Positions 44,635-54,523 of a DNA stretch of 64,000 nucleotides are shown piece after piece; the first letter of the stretch is position 1; each line of letters begins with the position of its first letter. The notes below the pieces were generated by a model. It was not told the DNA's origin. It saw only the letters and a program-made list of their open reading frames with translations, and made no database searches. This stretch comes from Thermoanaerobaculia bacterium (GTDB lineage Bacteria; Acidobacteriota; Thermoanaerobaculia; UBA5066). The stretch spans positions 3,648,001-3,712,000 of the forward strand of contig CAVRAY010000001.1 of assembly GCA_963719225.1 (NCBI GenBank), written 5' to 3'. The position numbers were made by a program, and so were the translations under genes.

Positions 44635-45099
44635 CTAGAAGTTCAAAGTCACGGTGATCGTGTCGGTGTAGTTCCCGACGCCGACGTCCTGGCCGGCGGG
44701 GATTGTCCCGTAGACGGTGAGCGTGTGAACGTTCGTGTCGTTCGGATTGACGGAGAATTCGTAAGTGGTCCCGGTGCCGTCTCCCCAGACCTGACTGTTC
44801 GCCGCGTCCTTGTAGAGGTTGTAATAGAAGTTGCTGCCCGACCCGAGAGTGCGGTTCGCGAACGTCCCGGAGCCCGCCGAAAGATCCATCGTCATCCTCT
44901 TGTTTCCCTGCACGTCGGTGCACGAGTAGCTGATCGACCCTGTGGCCGTCTTGGGGCTGGCGCTGAAAACGTCGTAAGAGCCAAAGTTCACGCCGGTCAC
45001 TCCGTTGAATATGCATGTCGGGTTCGCGCCGACGGCACGCGGCGCGAGGGCGAAGAGCGGCAGGAGCGCGAGGCACGCGAGGACGAGGCTTTTCTTCAT
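44635..45099 (-). CDS. Csu-type (spore coat U domain) pilin
   Basis: MKKSLVL signal; C..VNFGSYD; SYSC; YNLYKD..VWGDG; VYGTIPAGQDV..GNYTDTITVTLNF. Confidence 0.88.
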   Translation of the reverse strand: MKKSLVLACLALLPLFALAPRAVGANPTCIFNGVTGVNFGSYDVFSASPKTATGSISYSCTDVQGNKRMTMDLSAGSGTFANRTLGSGSNFYYNLYKDAANSQVWGDGTGTTYEFSVNPNDTNVHTLTVYGTIPAGQDVGVGNYTDTITVTLNF

Positions 45100-47402
45100 G
45101 GGTTCTTCCCGCTTTCCTTGGGGGCTTCGCAGCGCAGAGTTCCGAGATTGACGAACGCGGACTTGGACGCGGGAACGGCGAGCGTGAACCGGCAGACCTT
45201 TTCCTTGAGCTCGACCGCGGCGGGATAACGGCCCGGCGAGAGGTTCTCGAGATAAAAGCCTCCGTCGCCGCCCACGGGCGAAACCTGCTTCCTGCCGTCC
45301 GGACTCGTCACGGTCAGCTCTCCGTAAGAGGGAGCTTTCTCCGTTCCCGCCTCGACGATCAAGAGGCGGCCCGTCACGGTCGTGACGCGCTTCACCGGAA
45401 ACTCGACGACCGCGCCGCCACGATACGGCGTCGCCACTATGCGCTCCACCGACCCGATCTCGTAGTCGACGGGCACGTCCCGGTCCGCGATTCCGATCCG
45501 GTTTCCGTAATAGGGGATCAGGCCCGGAACCAGGAGGTCGCCGTTCGCGTTCGTCGTCCCGACGTCCTGATTGCTCGCGGTGCCATGAACGCCCGAGAGA
45601 CCGGGCACGCGGATGAGCGCGAAGCTGTCGATCACGGGGCGCGTCGGAAGCAGCGTTCCGCCGAGCGCCACGATCCCGCCGGACGCGCTGAGCGTCGACG
45701 AGGTCTCGCCGCCGAGGCGCAGCACCGAGGCCTCGTAGCGTCCGAAGGGGGCGTTGTATTGGACGACGCCGCTCGCGCTGCCCGGCCCGTCCCCGGCGGT
45801 CCCGTTGAAGCGATACCCGAAGCCGGTGCCGACCGGCAGCGATTTCTGGACGTCGATCGACCCCGTGTTCTGTCCGTCCTGATGGCTGTACGAGGCAAGC
45901 GCCGTCGTGTTCTTCCCGAGAAAACAGCTCAGCCCGACGAAGGCCTCGTTCGACTGCGCCGATCCCTGAAAGACTCGCGCATAGGTGAAGAAAAGAGTGA
46001 GATCGCGCGTGAGGCTCGAGGAGTTCGACAGCGAGGCGCGCTGGAACGAAGGTGCGTCGCGTGGAATGGTTCCGCTGTATTGCAGCGTGAGGCTCGCGAG
46101 CCGTCCGAGCTGGATTCCGACGAAGGCGTTCCCGTCCCAGCGGGGCCGGTCCCGATCGGCGGACAGGCCGAGTGCCGCGTAGTGAGGGCTGAGCGTGCGG
46201 GCGAAGACGCCGAAGTTGACGGGCCGGCCGACATAGCGATACGAGAGCGACGCCGCGCTGCCGGCGAGGCCGGACTGCCGGCTCGCGGCGACGTACCCCT
46301 CGATCTCGCCGAACGAAAGGCGCCAAGCGAAGCCGGGACCCCCGCTCACGAGATGATCGTCGGCCTCGAGGCGCAGCTCGGCCGTCAGCGAGCTCGAAAA
46401 GCCATAGCGGTGGCGGCCGAGGAACGAAAGCGAGCCGTAGTCCCAGCTCTCCGTCGAAAGGTTGTCCCTTCGAAAGCCGAGGTTGTATGTGAACTCCGAC
46501 AGCCCCTTGGCGAGGACGGCGGTCGAAGCATAGAAGCCGCTCGTGATCTCGCGCTCCTGCCCGAAAACGTCCTTGACGACGACGCGCGTCGTGCCGTTGC
46601 CGGCCGGCAGGAGCAGGTTCGAAAGCTGGAACGTGCCCGGCCCGATGGCCTCGCGCTTCACGATGTTGCCGTTGACGTAGACGTCGACCGTGGAGGGCGT
46701 CGTCGCGGCGCCCGTGAGCGCGAACGACGGGTAGCGCACGAAGTAGGGGTCGAGGTCGAAGCTTCGCGAGACGCTGAGCCCGGCGAAGAAGAGCGAGCCT
46801 CCGATGCCTCCCGCCGCGGCGAAGGAGTCGCCGGCGACCCATCTCACGAGCCTCGTGCGGTCGTCGCGCGTGCCGTTCGTGAGGCCGCGGACGACGCTTC
46901 CGTCCTGGGTGCGCAGCACCGCGCCGTAGAAAAGATTTCCGCCGAGGCTGAGTCCCGCCTCGCCGAACCCGTTCCAGGTCTTCAGGTCCGTCACGTTGAC
47001 GGCGTAGTTCGCGAACAAGCTCGGGCTCGAAAGGAAGGCGAGGCCGGCGGGCCGCGTTACGCCGAGATCGAGGACCTGTCCGGCGAGCCAGGTCGGCGGG
47101 ACGGTCACCGAGAGGGTCACGGTCTCGGGATCGAGCCGGTAGGTGGCGGCGGGGGCGAGCGAAGCGAGCGAGATCCATTCCTCGCCATCGCGCGACTCGC
47201 GGCGCCCCTGAAAACCGCTCACGCCGGCCGCCGAGAAGTCCCGCACCCGGAGAAGGACGTCCTCACCCACGAACACCGCCAGCACATCGCCCTTCGGCAC
47301 CGTGTTGACGGAAAGGGGAACGACGGCCCGCTGGGACGGCGCGGCCACAGCCGTGGCGGCGAGCGTGACGGCGAGAGCCAGAAGAAGACATCGCGCTCTC
47401 AC
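45096..47402 (-). CDS. Fimbrial outer-membrane usher (CsuD/PapC-like)
   Basis: PSTVDVYVNG, GPGTFQL, VVKDVFGQE, RYGFSSSLT, GTTNANG..LIPY; start approximate (GTG 47402). Confidence 0.9.
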   Translation of the reverse strand: MRARCLLLALAVTLAATAVAAPSQRAVVPLSVNTVPKGDVLAVFVGEDVLLRVRDFSAAGVSGFQGRRESRDGEEWISLASLAPAATYRLDPETVTLSVTVPPTWLAGQVLDLGVTRPAGLAFLSSPSLFANYAVNVTDLKTWNGFGEAGLSLGGNLFYGAVLRTQDGSVVRGLTNGTRDDRTRLVRWVAGDSFAAAGGIGGSLFFAGLSVSRSFDLDPYFVRYPSFALTGAATTPSTVDVYVNGNIVKREAIGPGTFQLSNLLLPAGNGTTRVVVKDVFGQEREITSGFYASTAVLAKGLSEFTYNLGFRRDNLSTESWDYGSLSFLGRHRYGFSSSLTAELRLEADDHLVSGGPGFAWRLSFGEIEGYVAASRQSGLAGSAASLSYRYVGRPVNFGVFARTLSPHYAALGLSADRDRPRWDGNAFVGIQLGRLASLTLQYSGTIPRDAPSFQRASLSNSSSLTRDLTLFFTYARVFQGSAQSNEAFVGLSCFLGKNTTALASYSHQDGQNTGSIDVQKSLPVGTGFGYRFNGTAGDGPGSASGVVQYNAPFGRYEASVLRLGGETSSTLSASGGIVALGGTLLPTRPVIDSFALIRVPGLSGVHGTASNQDVGTTNANGDLLVPGLIPYYGNRIGIADRDVPVDYEIGSVERIVATPYRGGAVVEFPVKRVTTVTGRLLIVEAGTEKAPSYGELTVTSPDGRKQVSPVGGDGGFYLENLSPGRYPAAVELKEKVCRFTLAVPASKSAFVNLGTLRCEAPKESGKNP

Positions 47403-47431
47403 GAGCAGGCAGAGCGCAAGCGACGCTCCTC

Positions 47432-48220
47432 TCAGTGCGACGCCGGCCCGCAAGCCTCCGGCGTCACGGCGAGCGAGGCCTTCCAGGCGTCGCGCTCGGT
47501 CTTCGCCTCGAGGGAGATCGTCTTCGTCCGCAGGCACTCGGCCGGCGGAATCGCGATCTCGTAAGCGCGCTCGCCCCCCGCGAGGACGTACCAACCCGCA
47601 GCCTGATTCTCGAACGTCTTGGCCCCGTCGGCGCCCGCCCCTGACGTACGCACCGAAATCAGCGAGAACGCCGCGTTGCCCGTGTTCTTCACCTGGAACT
47701 TCACGGTTCCGGATTCCAGCTTCGCGTTCTCGATCGCTCCGCTTCGGGTGATCTTCGCCGGCTGGACGAAGATCGGAACGCCGAAGCGCGTCAGGACTTT
47801 GACCTCGGACTTGTTTCCGGCCTCGGAAGGCTTCTCCAGAGGCGGAAGCTCCTCGACGAAGACACGATACGTTCTTTCGACCGCTCCCGGAGGCTTCGAG
47901 ACGCCGATCCGGATCTTTCGTTCTTTCCCTGGCTCGAGCGTGAGGAGAGCCGGGAAGAACACGACGTCTTCCGTCGGCGCGAGCTCGATCTCGCCGCGAG
48001 GGCTCTGGTTCCACCCGAAGGCGGTCACCTGGAGGCGCACGCTTTCCGCGCTCTGGTTCTCGACCGCGAGGAGCTCGGTGGCCTTGCCGGCGGACAGGTA
48101 GATCTGGATCGGCGAGACTTTGAACGTGGCGGCGGCCGCCGGACAGGCCGCGAGAAACACGAAAAATGCGAGCGCTGTCCGGCGGAGCCGCCCATTCCTG
48201 GCGGAAAAGACTTCGTCCAC
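47432..48220 (-). CDS. Fimbrial periplasmic chaperone (CsuC/PapD-like)
   Basis: FKVSPIQI, VFFPALLTL.PG..RKIRIG, ERTYRVFVEELP, GVPIFVQP, NTGN, YVLAG; start approximate. Confidence 0.88.
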   Translation of the reverse strand: MDEVFSARNGRLRRTALAFFVFLAACPAAAATFKVSPIQIYLSAGKATELLAVENQSAESVRLQVTAFGWNQSPRGEIELAPTEDVVFFPALLTLEPGKERKIRIGVSKPPGAVERTYRVFVEELPPLEKPSEAGNKSEVKVLTRFGVPIFVQPAKITRSGAIENAKLESGTVKFQVKNTGNAAFSLISVRTSGAGADGAKTFENQAAGWYVLAGGERAYEIAIPPAECLRTKTISLEAKTERDAWKASLAVTPEACGPASH

Positions 48221-48237
48221 GATCGAGCCCCCTCTTC

Positions 48238-48765
48238 TCAGAAGTTGGCCGTTGCCACGACCGCATCGAAGTAGGTGGCGGCGAGAACGTCCTGAGCTTC
48301 TGGAATGCGACCGCAGACATTGTACGACCTGGGTTCCCGGCTGGGGGCGGAAGAGGGTGTGAAGACGGCGTCGCCGGCCGTACCCCATGTCTTCGGGGAC
48401 GCGAAGCTGCACGGCGCGCCTGGGCTCTCGGAAGCCGGCTTGTAGAGCTCGTAATTGATGAAACCCGTCCCGCCGCGCATCCGCCGCGCCGAGCCGGACG
48501 GGTTCGCGCCGGGACCGAGCGTGAGAGACGCCGACGTTCCCCGCGTGCACGTGATCGTGACTCCTCCGGTTCCGGTCACGGGAGCCGTGAGGTTCGCCAC
48601 GATGGGGTCGTACGAACCAAAGGCGACGGAGGAAGCGGAGATCCGGCAGTTGCCGGAGACCGTGACCGACACGCTCAAGGTCGCCGTGGCGCTTGCTCCG
48701 GCAAGCGGGCCGGCCCCGACGAGGGCGAGGGCGGCGGCGAAGGCGATGGCGAGCGGTCGTTTCAC
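48238..48765 (-). CDS. Csu-type (spore coat U domain) pilin
   Basis: ATATLSVSVTVSGNC..FGSYDP; ITCTRG; NYELY; Y.DAVVATANF. Confidence 0.88.
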   Translation of the reverse strand: MKRPLAIAFAAALALVGAGPLAGASATATLSVSVTVSGNCRISASSVAFGSYDPIVANLTAPVTGTGGVTITCTRGTSASLTLGPGANPSGSARRMRGGTGFINYELYKPASESPGAPCSFASPKTWGTAGDAVFTPSSAPSREPRSYNVCGRIPEAQDVLAATYFDAVVATANF

Positions 48766-48876
48766 GGGGAGTTCCTTTCGGTCACCGCTGGCAGGATGCT
48801 GTTCTCGATTCGGCCATCAGGGTGACGCCGCCCGCGGATCGTGGACCCGGGGCGGCGTCGGATCGGTGGAGGAACT

Positions 48877-49344
48877 TCAGAAGTTGACGGTAAAAGTGAT
48901 CGTGCCGGTGTAGGCCGAGACGCCCACGTCCTGTCCGCCAGCGATCCGGCCGTAGATGTTCAGGTTGCGGGAGGCCTTCCCAGGAGCCGCTCCCATCGAG
49001 AAACCAGGGACAAAGGACGTTGTGCGGCCGGAGTCCGAAAAGAGAAGGTAATTCAGCGAGTCAGCACCGCCGGTCATCGCGCCGCCCGGAGCAGCGGTCG
49101 TGATGCTGGGGTTTACCCCCTTCGTGCAGGCAACGGCCATCGTGGTCGACCCGTCGAGAGCGGCCACGGCATTCGTGACGACCGGGTCGTAAGCGCCGAA
49201 GTTCAGCGTCCCGGCGCCGATCGTGCAGTTAGCCGCGACGCTCGCGTTCACGGTGAGCGTGCCGGTCGCGGTGGCCGCCAGGGCGGCCGGGGCGATCGCC
49301 ACGAGGGCGAAAGCGAGGGCGGTGATGGCGAGTGTCTTTTTCAT
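48877..49344 (-). CDS. Csu-type major pilin (spore coat U domain)
   Basis: ATATGTLTVNASVAANC..LNFGAYDP; VACTKG; IYGRIAGGQDV..YTGTITFTVNF; strong RBS. Confidence 0.9.
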   Translation of the reverse strand: MKKTLAITALAFALVAIAPAALAATATGTLTVNASVAANCTIGAGTLNFGAYDPVVTNAVAALDGSTTMAVACTKGVNPSITTAAPGGAMTGGADSLNYLLFSDSGRTTSFVPGFSMGAAPGKASRNLNIYGRIAGGQDVGVSAYTGTITFTVNF

Positions 49345-49460
49345 GGGATTCTCCTTTTTCTCTCTTTCCTCTTCGTGTTTTTCTTTTTCTGTTTGACACC
49401 CGAGGCGGCCTCTTGTGCTCCACGGAAGTGTGTCAGTCGTGTTTCACTGACACATATGTT

Positions 49461-49476
49461 AGCAACAAAAATGCCA
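49461..49476 (-). promoter_or_regulatory. Sigma54 -24/-12 promoter of the pilus operon
   Basis: Minus strand TGGCATTTTTGTTGCT, near-consensus; AT-rich upstream region. Confidence 0.8.
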
Positions 49477-49663
49477 TCCCTCTAGGAGAACAAAAACGCG
49501 GCCTCAAATTGCCAGCTAAGTATTTGTGCAAATAGGGATTTAAATACTAGGTATAGGCTTGGATCCAGGGTCAATCACCGGCTCTCCAGAGGGAGTTTGT
49601 GGACAAATTGTGTCGCTTCCAAGACCAGGGAGCAGCCGTTTACTCGAAGTCGGGCTTTTGCGG

Positions 49664-50608
49664 TCAGACGTTCTCCGCGGCTCCCCTGTACCAGTCGATC
49701 GTCCGCCGCAGGCCCTCGACCAGAGAGACCCGCGAACGCCAGCCGAAGAGCTGCTCCGCGCGCGTCACGTCCAGCTTCCGCCGAGGCTGACCGTTCGGCT
49801 GCGAGGCGTCCCATCGGATTCCGCCGCCGAATCCCGTTTCCCTGGCGACGAGCGCCGCGAGATCCCTGATGGAGATCTCGTCGCCGGAACCGAGGTTGAC
49901 CGGATCGGCGCCGTCGTACCGTTCCGCGGCCGCGAGGATGCCTTCGGCGGCGTCCTCGACGTAGAGGAACTCGCGCGTCGGCGAGCCGTCGCCCCAAAGG
50001 ACGACCTCGCGCGCGCCGCTTTCGTGCGCCTCGAGGAACTTGCGGATCATCGCGGGGATCACGTGCGAGCTCTCGAGATCGAAATGGTCTCCGGGGCCGT
50101 AGAGATTCACCGGAAGAAGGTAGATTCCCGGGAATCCGTACTCCTCGCGGTACGCCTGAAGCTGGACGAGGAGCATCTTTTTCGCGAGGCCGTAAGGAGC
50201 GTTCGTCTCCTCCGGATATCCGTTCCAGAGGTTCTCTTCGCGAAACGGGACGGGGGTGAGCTTCGGGTACGCGCAGATCGTCCCGAGGCAGACGAACTTT
50301 GCGATCCCCGCGCGCCGAGCCTCCTCGATGAGCTGAACGCCCATGATCGCGTTCTCGAAGAAGAAAAGGCCCGGATGCTTGCGGTTCGCGCCGATGCCGC
50401 CGACGATCGCGGCCAGGTGCACGACGAGCTCCGGCTTTTCGCGCGCGAGGTACGCGCGCACGGCGTCTCGCTCGCGCAGATCGAGCTGAGCGGAACGCGG
50501 CGCAAGGATTGCTCCCGGACCGCGTCCCTCGAGCGCGTGAACGAGGGAGCGCCCCAGAAAGCCCCCCGCTCCCGTGACGAGAACGCGGCGACCTTCCCAG
50601 AATTTCAC
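49664..50608 (-). CDS. fcl: GDP-L-fucose synthase
   Basis: [61 protein letters not shown]; GTG 50608. Confidence 0.9.
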   Translation of the reverse strand: MKFWEGRRVLVTGAGGFLGRSLVHALEGRGPGAILAPRSAQLDLRERDAVRAYLAREKPELVVHLAAIVGGIGANRKHPGLFFFENAIMGVQLIEEARRAGIAKFVCLGTICAYPKLTPVPFREENLWNGYPEETNAPYGLAKKMLLVQLQAYREEYGFPGIYLLPVNLYGPGDHFDLESSHVIPAMIRKFLEAHESGAREVVLWGDGSPTREFLYVEDAAEGILAAAERYDGADPVNLGSGDEISIRDLAALVARETGFGGGIRWDASQPNGQPRRKLDVTRAEQLFGWRSRVSLVEGLRRTIDWYRGAAENV

Positions 50609-50700
50609 GCAGAAAGTGTAACCGCTCGTGATCCCCCGCACTTCCGCCGCGTCCAACCGGCGTGAGACACTCGACCCTGAGGCCACTCCCGGGGAGGATC

Positions 50701-52089
50701 ATGAAAAATCGTGCCCTGCTTTTCGTCGCACTCGCTCTCACGGCGAGAGCCGCCCTCGGCGACGTCGTGATCCCATCGTCCGCTTTCGTGAACGGCCAGA
50801 ACTTCGCCGAGTTCCATTCCGACGTGCGCGTCTTCAACCCGACGAACTCGCCCGTGAACGTGACGCCGGTGCTCTACAACCAGGCGAACGGGCAGACCAT
50901 CGTCGCGCCCGCTCCCGGCTTCGTGACGGTGCCTGCGCGCGGACAGGTTGCCTTCGACAACATCCTTGCGACGCTCTTTCTGCAGGCCAAGGGTGCCTTC
51001 GGGCCGATTCGCTTCGAGACGTCGGCACCGATCATCGTCTCCTCGGGCGTCAACAACGTGAATGCGTGCGGCAACGGATCCACGTCCGGTCAGTGGCTGC
51101 CGGGAATCGACGTCGGGCAGGCTCTCAAGGCGGGGACACTCGTCCAGCTCGCCGCAAGTGCGGACGGGGGCTCAGGCTACCACTCGAACGTCGTCTTCAT
51201 GAATCCCGGCACCGCGGCCGCAAACGTGACCTCGAAGCTTCGCATGGGAGACGGCACGCTCGTCGCCGCGTTCACGCTCGATCCGCTTTCGGCGAACGGC
51301 TTCAAGCAGATCAACAACCTCACGGCATGGCTCCCAAGCCCGAACACGATCACGGACACGAACCTCTGGCTCGAATTCACGAGCGACCAGCCCGTCCTCG
51401 CCTTCGCCTCCGTCATCAACAACGCGTCCGGGGATCCCTTCGCGATCGTCATGACGGCCGAGCCGAACGTCTCGTCGTCCGTACCCGTCGCGTCGTACAC
51501 GGTGAATCCGGCCAGCCCGAACGCGGGGCAGAGCGCCACGTTCACGGACACCTCGACGAACGCGCCGACGTCGCAGCTCTGGGCGTTCGGTGACGGGACG
51601 ACGGCGACGTCCGGCGCGACGGTCCAGCACACGTATTCCGCGGCGGGAACCTACCGGACCTCTCATTTCGTTTCGAACGCCTTCGGCACGTCGGCGGCCA
51701 CGAAGGACGTCGTCGTGGGGACGGTCCTGCCGATTACGTTCACGGTGAGCGCGACGACGAACAACGACACGCACTGGACCTTCACGCCAAACTCCGTCAC
51801 CTGCCGGGTCAACGTCCCGTGCCGGATCACCTGGACGACGCCGCAGTCCGAGAACAAGCACCACGGTCTCGGGGGCTTGGGCGTTTTCGGGGTCACGCTG
51901 TGCGACGACGGCCAGTCGCTCGACAACCTCATTCCGAGCCACGCCTGCACGGTGACCTTCACGCCGACTGCGTTCTCGCTCAACAACCAGCCGACGGGCG
52001 GCTGGGTCTACACGTGCACGCAGACGATGTGCGCGCCGACGCAGGCCCTCCACGACGGGATGACCGGCAAGATCGTCATCGCGCCGTAG
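50701..52089 (+). CDS. Secreted PKD-domain protein with C-terminal cupredoxin-like domain
   Basis: Signal peptide; PKD FTDTS..WAFGDG..HTYSAAGTY; C-terminal H..YTCTQTMC..HDGMTGKI. Confidence 0.75.
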   Translation: MKNRALLFVALALTARAALGDVVIPSSAFVNGQNFAEFHSDVRVFNPTNSPVNVTPVLYNQANGQTIVAPAPGFVTVPARGQVAFDNILATLFLQAKGAFGPIRFETSAPIIVSSGVNNVNACGNGSTSGQWLPGIDVGQALKAGTLVQLAASADGGSGYHSNVVFMNPGTAAANVTSKLRMGDGTLVAAFTLDPLSANGFKQINNLTAWLPSPNTITDTNLWLEFTSDQPVLAFASVINNASGDPFAIVMTAEPNVSSSVPVASYTVNPASPNAGQSATFTDTSTNAPTSQLWAFGDGTTATSGATVQHTYSAAGTYRTSHFVSNAFGTSAATKDVVVGTVLPITFTVSATTNNDTHWTFTPNSVTCRVNVPCRITWTTPQSENKHHGLGGLGVFGVTLCDDGQSLDNLIPSHACTVTFTPTAFSLNNQPTGGWVYTCTQTMCAPTQALHDGMTGKIVIAP

Positions 52090-52098
52090 GCGCGGGGC

Positions 52099-53031
52099 TC
52101 ATTCTTCCCGCTCCTCCCATCGGCACTCGGTAGGCTTCTTGTCGTTTCTGAGCCCGAGGAACGCGGGCTGCCGCAGCTTCTCGTCGGCCGTCCACTCCGC
52201 GAAAGCGACCTGCGCGACGAGCTTCGGCGCGACCCAGCTCGCGTCTTTCACCTCGCGCGAAACCGTCGCGAAGGGGCACGCGTCTCTCTGGAGCGGCTGG
52301 AGCTTCTCGAGGAGGCCGAGGAGGACCTCGTCCGAAAAGCCCGTCCCCACCGCGCCACAGAACCGGAGCGCCTTCCCCTCGTAGAGCCCGACGAGGAGCG
52401 CCCCGAAATGCAGCCGGGTCCCGCGCGGCAGCGTGAACCCGCCGATCACGAACTCCGATTCCCTTCGCGACTTGATCTTCAGCCAGCGCAGGGACCGGCG
52501 TCCCGCCTCGTAGCGCGAAGCGAGATCCTTCCCGATGATGCCCTCCCAGCCTTCGGCGCGGGCGCGCGCGAACGCCTTCGCGCCGTCCGCGCCGAGGCGC
52601 TCCGAAAGAACGAGCGGTTTTTTCGGCCGTCGCCCGAGGAGCGATTCGAGAGCGGCGCGCCTCTCGGCGAGCGGACGTCGGACGAGGTCGACTCCGTCCT
52701 TCTCGAGACAGTCGAACAGAATCAGGCTCGGCGGCAACGCACCCGGCTCAGCCCTTTTCTGGAGAAGCGAGAACCGCGGAACTCCGTCCTTTCCGAACAC
52801 GACGAGCTCGCCGTCCACGACGAAGTCGCCGTCTCGAAGCGACGCGAGCGCCGCGACGACGCCCGGCTCGCCGGCGGTGAGGTCCAGGCCGTTGCGCGAA
52901 GAGAGCGTCACCCGCCCTGCCCGGCGGCTCGCGAGGACGCGCCAGCCGTCGTACTTCGGCTCGAACTCCCAACCTGCGCGTGAGAACGGAGCCTCCACGT
53001 GCGTCGCGAGCATCGGGGCGGGTGCGATCAT
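52099..53031 (-). CDS. ligD: ATP-dependent DNA ligase, LigD ligase domain
   Basis: PMLAT, FEPKYDGWR, VDGELV, FDCL, EGIIGK, WLKIK, GAVGTGF, LRQPAFLGLRNDK; ATG 53031. Confidence 0.85.
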   Translation of the reverse strand: MIAPAPMLATHVEAPFSRAGWEFEPKYDGWRVLASRRAGRVTLSSRNGLDLTAGEPGVVAALASLRDGDFVVDGELVVFGKDGVPRFSLLQKRAEPGALPPSLILFDCLEKDGVDLVRRPLAERRAALESLLGRRPKKPLVLSERLGADGAKAFARARAEGWEGIIGKDLASRYEAGRRSLRWLKIKSRRESEFVIGGFTLPRGTRLHFGALLVGLYEGKALRFCGAVGTGFSDEVLLGLLEKLQPLQRDACPFATVSREVKDASWVAPKLVAQVAFAEWTADEKLRQPAFLGLRNDKKPTECRWEEREE

Positions 53032-53120
53032 GAGCGCGGCGCGCACCCTCGCTTCCACGCGATGCCCTTCCGCTCCTCTTTCATTTGCAGAAAATTCTAT
53101 CGTACGGTTCTTGCGAGCGC

Positions 53121-54515
53121 TCAGCCGAAGAGCCGGTCGATCGGCGCGTAAACACCGTCCTTCGCGGACGGCACGTACTCGAACCCGCGATTGAGAGGAT
53201 CGTCGTGGCGCGTCGTCGTCCAGTCGATCCCGAGCGCGGAGTAGACCGTGCACGCGACGTCCTCGACACGGAGCTCCGTCCGGCCCGACACTCCCGAGTC
53301 CGAAACGGTCGCCCCCGAAGAATCGGTCGCGCCCAGGACCTGCCCGCCCTTGACCCCGCCGCCCGCGAAAACGGCGCTGTTCACGGCGTAGTGGTCGCGT
53401 CCCGCCTGACCGTTCAGATTCGCGACCGTCCGCCCGAACTCGCCGGCCACGACGACCAGAGTCTCGTCGAAGAGCGTCTTGCCCGGTGCCGAGCCCGGCA
53501 CGGCCTTGAGGTCGGAAAGCAGCGCGGCGAGGGCGGTATCGAGCTGCGGGCACAGCGAATAGAGGCTCGTGCCCGTCTTCGAGTAGATGTTGCTGTGCAT
53601 GTCCCAGCCGGTCAGCGTCACCTGGACGAAACGCGCGCCGCGCCTGCCGGCGAGGACCTGCTTGGCCACGAGGCAGGAGTTGCCGAAGGCCGCCGCGCCG
53701 TAGCGCTGGCTGTCGGACGTGGAATACGAGAAGAGCGCGTTGACGTCGGGACTGTCCATCATCGTCTTGGCCTGGTTATAGAAACCCACCGCGTCGGCAG
53801 CGTCCTTGCCCAGCGGCTCCCCGTTCCGAAGCGTGGCGTCCAGGTTCTGCAGGTCGCTCCAGCGCAGGGCGAAGCGGGCCGAGCCGTCGGGGTGGGTGAG
53901 GCTCGTCAGGCCCGTCGCTGAAGGCCGCACGGAGAATGGGGAGTAAACCGACGGGAAATAACCCGCCCCGACGATCGATCCCGTGTTGAGCGCGATGAAG
54001 GAGGGAAGCACGTCGGTGGGCTGCCGTTGCGCCTCGAGCTCCAGGGCCGCGATGGCGCCGAGGTGGGGAGCGATGGCGCCCGTCGCGCCGGTCGGATTGC
54101 GCGCGATCTGGAGCCAGGTCTGTCCCAGCCCGTGCACGAGGGCCGAGGCTTTCAGGGATCGCACGATCGCGACGTCGCCGAGGCGGTTCGCCATCTGGGG
54201 CAGGAGGCCCGCGGGAAACCGCAGGCCCGCCCCGAAGCTCGTCGGGGCGAAGTCGGAGGGAGTCCAGGAGCCTTCCTTCAGATCCCACGTGTCGATCTGG
54301 CTCGGTGCGCCCGGCAGGAAGACGAGGATGACGTTCTTCGCCGTGCCCTTCGGAGCGACTCCGGTGGCCGTCGCGGCCCAGGCGGAGGCCGGCGACTTCA
54401 GGAACCACGACGCCACGAGCCCCGAGGCTCCGAGCTCGAGAAACGCCCGTCTCGAGAGGCCGGGGCCTTCGAGGGCGGAGGAGCCGGACGAGAGGACGGG
54501 AAGCGTCGATTTCAT
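53121..54515 (-). CDS. DUF1501 domain protein, Tat-exported
   Basis: LSRRAFL; AKNVILVFLPGAPSQIDTWDLK; GWDMH; GEFGRT; GRDHY; ATG 54515. Confidence 0.88.
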   Translation of the reverse strand: MKSTLPVLSSGSSALEGPGLSRRAFLELGASGLVASWFLKSPASAWAATATGVAPKGTAKNVILVFLPGAPSQIDTWDLKEGSWTPSDFAPTSFGAGLRFPAGLLPQMANRLGDVAIVRSLKASALVHGLGQTWLQIARNPTGATGAIAPHLGAIAALELEAQRQPTDVLPSFIALNTGSIVGAGYFPSVYSPFSVRPSATGLTSLTHPDGSARFALRWSDLQNLDATLRNGEPLGKDAADAVGFYNQAKTMMDSPDVNALFSYSTSDSQRYGAAAFGNSCLVAKQVLAGRRGARFVQVTLTGWDMHSNIYSKTGTSLYSLCPQLDTALAALLSDLKAVPGSAPGKTLFDETLVVVAGEFGRTVANLNGQAGRDHYAVNSAVFAGGGVKGGQVLGATDSSGATVSDSGVSGRTELRVEDVACTVYSALGIDWTTTRHDDPLNRGFEYVPSAKDGVYAPIDRLFG

Positions 54516-54523
54516 CGCGGGCC

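Noticed and set aside
44635-49344. Sporulation genes (spore coat U domain)
   Set aside because: With an usher and chaperone adjacent, these are Csu-type pilins.
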